From positions 801,861 to 865,860 of the forward strand of contig CAVNZM010000018.1 in NCBI GenBank assembly GCA_963693365.1: a DNA stretch of 64,000 nucleotides, in the 5' to 3' direction. A program made the position numbers and the translations under genes. Positions 14,432 to 64,000 of this stretch are shown piece by piece. This DNA comes from Amoebidium appalachense (Eukaryota; Protista; Ichthyosporea). How positions within the stretch are numbered: the first letter of the stretch is position 1; every line of letters begins with the position of its first letter. Under the pieces are notes generated by a model, which saw only the letters and a list, made by a program, of their open reading frames with translations, did no database searches and was not told the DNA's origin.

Positions 14432-16018
14432 AGGGGGTGGGTGGGGCGGAAGTGGTAAGTTAAAGGGGGTTCGAAAGAGGAACGGGGGAGAGGGCCAAGG
14501 CAGAAGAAAGTGGTGGTGAGAAATATAAGCGCTGTGTCTGCCATGGTGTTCCTGTGCTGGTGGTGGTCTAAGCCCGCGCGTGAGCGTAGTTGTTGTGCAC
14601 ACTTAACCTCTTGCGTACACGTGTGCACACGCACAAGCATGCACGTCCATACACGTACTTCCACACTACACTCTTCCGACGGGTGGTTCATATTCATGTG
14701 TCGCAGATTGTGTGCACGTGTGGATGCGTGTTGTGGAAGCTGGCGTGTGGAGTGTGTGTGGGTTTGTTGGTGGTGGGCTGGGTGTGGTTGTTTGTGTGTG
14801 TGTGTGCATGTCTGTGGGGGGGGGGGGGGGGGGGGGGGGGAGGTGGTGGTGGTGGTGTTTGTGGATGTGTTTGGGGGGGGGGGGGGGGGGGAGGGGGGAG
14901 GGGGGGAGGGCGCATCAATATGCTTTTGTGCCTGGGCGGTTAAGGCTGATTGAGGTGTTGGGTATAGGCGGAGGAGCTCTGGGTCACCCCAAGGTCTTCA
15001 TTAATTTGGTGAGTTGTGTGTGTGTGTGCGCCCCCGTGCACGTGTGTGTACTTGTGTACCCGTTTGTGCGTGTGTTTGTGTGTGTGTGTGCATGGACGTT
15101 TGTGTGCGCGTGCGCATGTGTCTGTGTGTGTGCGCCCGTGTGCATGGGTGCGTGCGTGTGCATGCGTGTGTGCGTGTGCCCATGCAAGCATGAGCATGTG
15201 TGTTTCAGCGGTGGGTGCAGGAGTGTGTTTGTATATGTGCTTGCCCATACACTGTCGACATGCAAAGGGGTGTTCAATGTGCTGATGTCTGCAACTTAAT
15301 GTACACAAAAAGGTGTCTAGGTTTATTGTTTGTGTGCACGGGCACACTAGAAATGTGTAAGCATGTGGATGTATATGTGGTGTGCATACCATTGATACAT
15401 CACTGTGTGCATGTGCACGTGGACGGGTACTTGTTTGCTACGTCTCACGTGATTTATAAGTACACACACGAGCAAGCACTCTTGGACGTGCACAGAAAAC
15501 ACACAAGCACACGTGCACCCAACATAAGGCTGTGGTTGCACCTCGGGGATAACTGTTGCATTGCGTACTTCACCCACATCCTTTAATCAAGCACTCGTGC
15601 GCACGCAACACACACAAGCACACACGTGCAAGCACAAGCGCACGGCACACAACCGTGAGTGCCCAGGACATCATGCTTCAGTGCAACTGCCAGGTTTGCA
15701 CTGCCAGGTGGCAAGCGTGCATGCGCATGTGCGTATGTGCGTGTGTGTGTGCATGTGCGCATGCACGTGCCTGTGTGTGCATGCACGTGCCTGTGTGTGT
15801 GCATGCACATGCCTGTGTGTGTGCATGCACGTGCCTGTGTGTGTGCATGCACGTGCCTGTGTGTGTGCATGCACGTGCCTGTGTGTGTGCATGCACGTGC
15901 CTGTGTGTGTGCATGCACGCGTGCGCGCATTTGTGTCTGCGGGCGCGCGTGCACGTGCATGTATGTGTGTGCGCTCGTGGGTCTCTCTCTCTCTCTCGCT
16001 CTCGCTCTCTCTGTTCCC

Positions 16019-16058
<40 letters not shown>

Positions 16059-16711
16059 ACCCTCTCTGTGCGTGTGCGCGCACGCGTGTATGTGATGGTG
16101 GATTGGGAGGTTGCGGCTAGGGGTGGTGGGTATGCAGAGAGCCCTTTTTTTTTTCTTCTTTTTTTTCTTTTTCTTTTTAAATATTAGGGAAGAGAGGGGG
16201 GTGGGGGAAGGGGGGGGGGGGGGGGGGGGGGGGGCATGGAGGATTAAAGTGGATGTATGGGTGCATGTGTTGTGGGTGCATCTGTGTGCATGGCCTCACC
16301 GCTCTGTGCCTTGACATGTGTTTGGTGGCTCGGTATAGCTGGGTGCAGCCATTGTACCACTTATACCACGGTGTGGTGGTCGCAGGCGCACAGTGCCCCG
16401 TTTCTTACTTTATTCGCTCATTATGGGGCCGGCAGCTATATTAGTTGTTCATTCATTCATTTTCACACGGCGTTCGCATGTCTTGTGCCCTTCGTGCATA
16501 GCCTAGTCTGCCAGCAACCAACATCTGGTCCCCTAACATGCTTTGTTTTACGACACCAAGCATAGATGGCCCACACACCCTCTAACAATCCTTCACATGT
16601 GGTTCCTGTGTTTCCCCTGTGTGTTCTGACACAGTTTTTTTGCAGGACAAGTCTGAGCCGCAGTCGTGTGGCTACTGCGGGCTGCGGTTTGTGCAGAAGC
16701 ACCACCACTGA
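13338..16711 (+). CDS. NDUFS6: NADH:ubiquinone oxidoreductase 13-kDa Zn-finger (zf-CHCC) subunit, 4 exons
   Basis: Exons 13338-13487 (Arg/Ala-rich mitochondrial presequence), 14254-14335 ([22 protein letters not shown]), 14968-15008 ([13 protein letters not shown]), 16646-16711 ([21 protein letters not shown]). Confidence 0.96.
15765..15915. repeat. 22-bp intronic tandem repeat
   Basis: gcatgcacgtgcctgtgtgtgt, ~7 copies. Confidence 0.85.
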
Positions 16712-26583
<9,872 letters not shown>

Positions 26584-27126
26584 GCCCAGCGCCAAACATG
26601 TAAAATCACCTAAAAGGCCTCAGATGGAGTGTGACGCCTTTGCAAGCTTGCAGTGCTGAGTTGTCTGTGTGAGTGCTGCCTAGGTATCATCAAGACATAA
26701 CTGTGCCTTTCTACAACGCAATCGCAGAGGACTTCCCCTCGATGCGCTGCGAGATTTTGCGATCCCCAAAAGGCTGGTGTGATTGGCTGTGTCCGGTTAT
26801 TAGCGATCTGTTTGCAGCATTAGTTTATGTTGTTTACGGTGCCAGTTGATGACGTGTCATTCGCTGCAGCTCTGTTTACCGTTTTTTTTTTTTTTCATAT
26901 GTGCGCAGTGCAACGCTAATGTTTTGTCACCTTTGCCACGTGCAGACCCACCCATAGTATTATGCATAGGCAGCTAAAGCATAGTCAGTAGGGTGGCAGT
27001 TTATACAGAGGAGAACCGCTCCAGTTTAGCGTTGCTACGTGGCATTCTCCACCTTCGATCCATCCAACATCTATCGTTGCGATTCAACACACACTCCCTC
27101 CTCTCTCTCTCGCCCACATCGCCACC
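26584..27126. promoter_or_regulatory. Putative bidirectional promoter, DCAF4 / PSMD7
   Basis: Divergent starts ~540 bp apart; nearly free of microsatellites; GATTGG (CCAAT) at ~26780 and TGACGTGTCA at 26850. Confidence 0.5.
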
Positions 27127-35800
<8,674 letters not shown>

Positions 35801-36525
35801 ATAAACCGGGGGTTTCTATGTTTGTGTGTGACGTCTGCCTGAGCCTGCAGCTGCTGCACAGCTGCCCTTGTGTTTATTGTTGCATGCCAAGCAAGTGGTG
35901 TGCACCTTGCACCTGGGTAGGTCTGTGACCATCAGGGCTGCAGGGAGCAAAGAATATTATGGTTGCCCGGCCTGGTTCCGAGCTGGTCGATGGGCCCAAC
36001 TGAACATGCACATCACCTCACCAACTTTCTACGTGTGAAATAACTTCCCGGCTGTGCACATTAACTTTGAGTATTTTGCCACATAAGCGACGTAAGTGAG
36101 ATCATGCCACATGTACCTGTTCGTGACCACTGCTTTGCCAGCTAATTTTGGTTTGTAAAGTGCCAAAGCTTCATTTCTGAGCTGTGCAGCAGGCTAACGT
36201 CGGGTTGGCCACCGTGGGTGCCGATCTGTCATCTGTGCAAATTACTTCCCCACGTGCGCGCACTCCGATGCATATGTTGCGAGCATCGACCCATACTATT
36301 TAGGGAATTGGCAGAGCCATTGCAACTCCGATTTGTGAACCTATAACCCCGGGGGATACGATAGTTCTTCTAGTATTAGACAAAAATGTACGAGTTCACG
36401 TGAACCGAAGCTTCTTATTACGTGACCTCGGATAACGGTTTGCTCTGGTCATAACTTAAGTACCAGCGTTCTCAATTCTCACTGTACGCCATCACACTCA
36501 AGTCAGCATCATTTTCTCCACCACT

Positions 36526-36561
<36 letters not shown>

Positions 36562-37753
36562 CCCCTTCCCCCCCTTCTTTCTCTCCGCCCCCTCCCCGTT
36601 CCCCCATCCCCCATCCTTTGGCATGGAATGATTCCCTTTTAGAATTGTTTGGAAGAAATCCACTTTCAATAGATCCGTCTACAAATTCGAGGATGGCCCA
36701 GTCAACCAACGTTGCCCGATAGAGGCTCGGATGATGCGCCAGTGGCCCGTGGTAACCGTACCTAGCAATCCTGGCATATTAACCCCCAAACACACAACCG
36801 CACATGTTTAGTCGCAGTCCTGTTTCTTTCTGTTCACAATCTCAAGGCCAGGAGCCTGCTGCAGCTCTAACACGTACTGACGTGTTGCCGCACGTGCGAC
36901 GTTATACAACTACTTGTGGCGGCAAAAAAAAAAAAAAAAGAAGAAAAAAAAAAAAAAAGGAGACACCGCCTCAGTAGGTGGTAGGCTGCAGCTGGCCCCA
37001 TAGCTGCTCAGCCATCAAAGGTACAACGCGTTGGCTGGCGCCTCCAAAGTTTGAATTCTATACTATACGAGATATCTGGGGCGGGAAGCACACATTTACC
37101 ACTGAAGCTTGAGTCAGAGATACTTTTGTTTTGTTTTGTTTTGTTTTGCCTTTTTTTTTTTCTTTTTTTTTGGTTTTTCCGCATGTGTGTTCTGTGAGCT
37201 GTTTGCCGTCCAACACTCATGAGTATTCCTACTGGCTCAGAACCTTCTAGAAATGGAAATGCTGATATTCAACCAATAGGATGCAGGACCTAAACTTGAA
37301 CGGCCACAGAAGCTCATAGATTTTTGCCTAATAAGGCACTTCCACTTGACTCGTTTTGGAGCTAGCAAGACGAACGCAAGACAGCATGATCTAACACCAA
37401 TATTTTACCGTTTTTAAAACTCCTGCAATAATCTGACTCTGGTAAAGCAGCAGAAACGCACGATATTTGTTCATAGTAGCTGAAGGCTACTCTACAAGTA
37501 AAATAAATTAAGATTTAGTTACGTCCTCTGTTCCTCTGTCTTTGCTTTATGTTATTGCACATCAGAACTTACGCCTGCTGATACGTGTTGACGTGTACAT
37601 ATCCTCTACTGCCAAGTCCTATGTATGTAACCAATCACATTTTGGCGCGGAAAAAAGTATTTTGCCGGCAGCAACGCCTATCCGCCTATATAGCTCCACA
37701 CCGAGGCTTGGCTCACTGTTTTCCCCATGTTCTTGTACACCCATACAGTCAAC

Positions 37754-43195
<5,442 letters not shown>

Positions 43196-43716
43196 AATTC
43201 TACGCTACTATTAACGGATATATCAGCGTATGTGCAGCACATTCGACGTATTTTTATTTTTAGTTTTAAATTCTCTAATCCTACAAGACCTGCGCGGCCC
43301 TGTGGGCTGCCGAGCGCTTTTCTTAAAGCAATCGATGCATACCTGTCATTAAAGCAATAAACGCATACATGCCGCTACCAACACACATTGCCCGGACCAG
43401 CCTGCCTGTGTGCTGTCTACCCTTTCCCCCCCCCCCCCCCCCCTCCCCTCCCTCCCCACATTTCTCACCTCTGCCTATATACGAAGTCATGATGTGCCGT
43501 CAGTGGCCATCGCATCGGACTTGTGCACATACTCTCATACTGGCACATCATTGATGTGTTACATGTGTGTGGGTGTGTATGCGCACATCCATGCATATGC
43601 CTGTCTTTCTTCTTGTGTATGACCTACATATCACCGTGGTACGTATACGTGCAGTTGTGTGTCTTCTGCGTCCAACCTACGTGTGCATCACTCCACCCCA
43701 CACCTCTTTCATGCCA

Positions 43717-63694
<19,978 letters not shown>

Positions 63695-64000
63695 CTGCAA
63701 CCAAAATCAGCACCCACCAGCATGCATGTGTCCACGTGCTTCTTTAAAGAGGGGGGTGTGCTCGTGAAAACAAGGGGGTGTGTGCTCATGCAGGTGCATT
63801 TTTGAAGAGCGGGGAGGGGGGGAGGGGGGGAGGGGGAGGGAGGGGGGGGGGGGGGGGGAGATTATGCGCGTGCCTTTTGTAAAGAGGGAGAGGGTGGGTG
63901 GGTGGGTGGGTGGGTGTGGGGAGGGGAGGGGGAGGGGGGGGGGATTGTGCGCCTTTTTTGAAGAGAGGGCCACGGACGTGCATTTTCAAAGTGGGCAGTG

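Noticed and set aside
36000-37700. Non-repetitive intergenic stretch inspected for tRNA, ncRNA or TE termini
   Set aside because: No cloverleaf, A/B boxes, TIR pair or convincing ORF recognised by eye; an Infernal scan would be needed to exclude an ncRNA.

Overview
Eukaryotic, very intron-rich genomic DNA; the gene content and splice signals suggest a unicellular opisthokont or holozoan (inference). Almost all six-frame ORFs are artefacts of (CA)n, (GCAC)n and poly-C/G tracts. Six spliced genes were reconstructed by hand with phase-consistent exons: STAM/Hse1 (-), NDUFS6 (+), DCAF4/WDR21-like (-), PSMD7/RPN8 (+), a soluble FAD fumarate reductase of FRD1/OSM1 type (+), and the 3' part of MON2 (-). 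Introns have a strong CTRAC branch point close to the AG, usually no polypyrimidine tract, and often a microsatellite starting at the donor GT. Main oddities: (1) tandem arrays made of complete splice sites, including a MON2 46-bp array in which each unit is a GT...CTGAC...CAG mini-intron and only the last acceptor is productive (candidate recursive splicing); (2) convergent NDUFS6 and DCAF4 whose stop codons abut exactly (TGA|TCA); (3) a ~60-nt intronic element ending GCATTCAAA-poly(C), sense-oriented in three different genes; (4) two MITEs; (5) a 2.1-kb 31-bp minisatellite.
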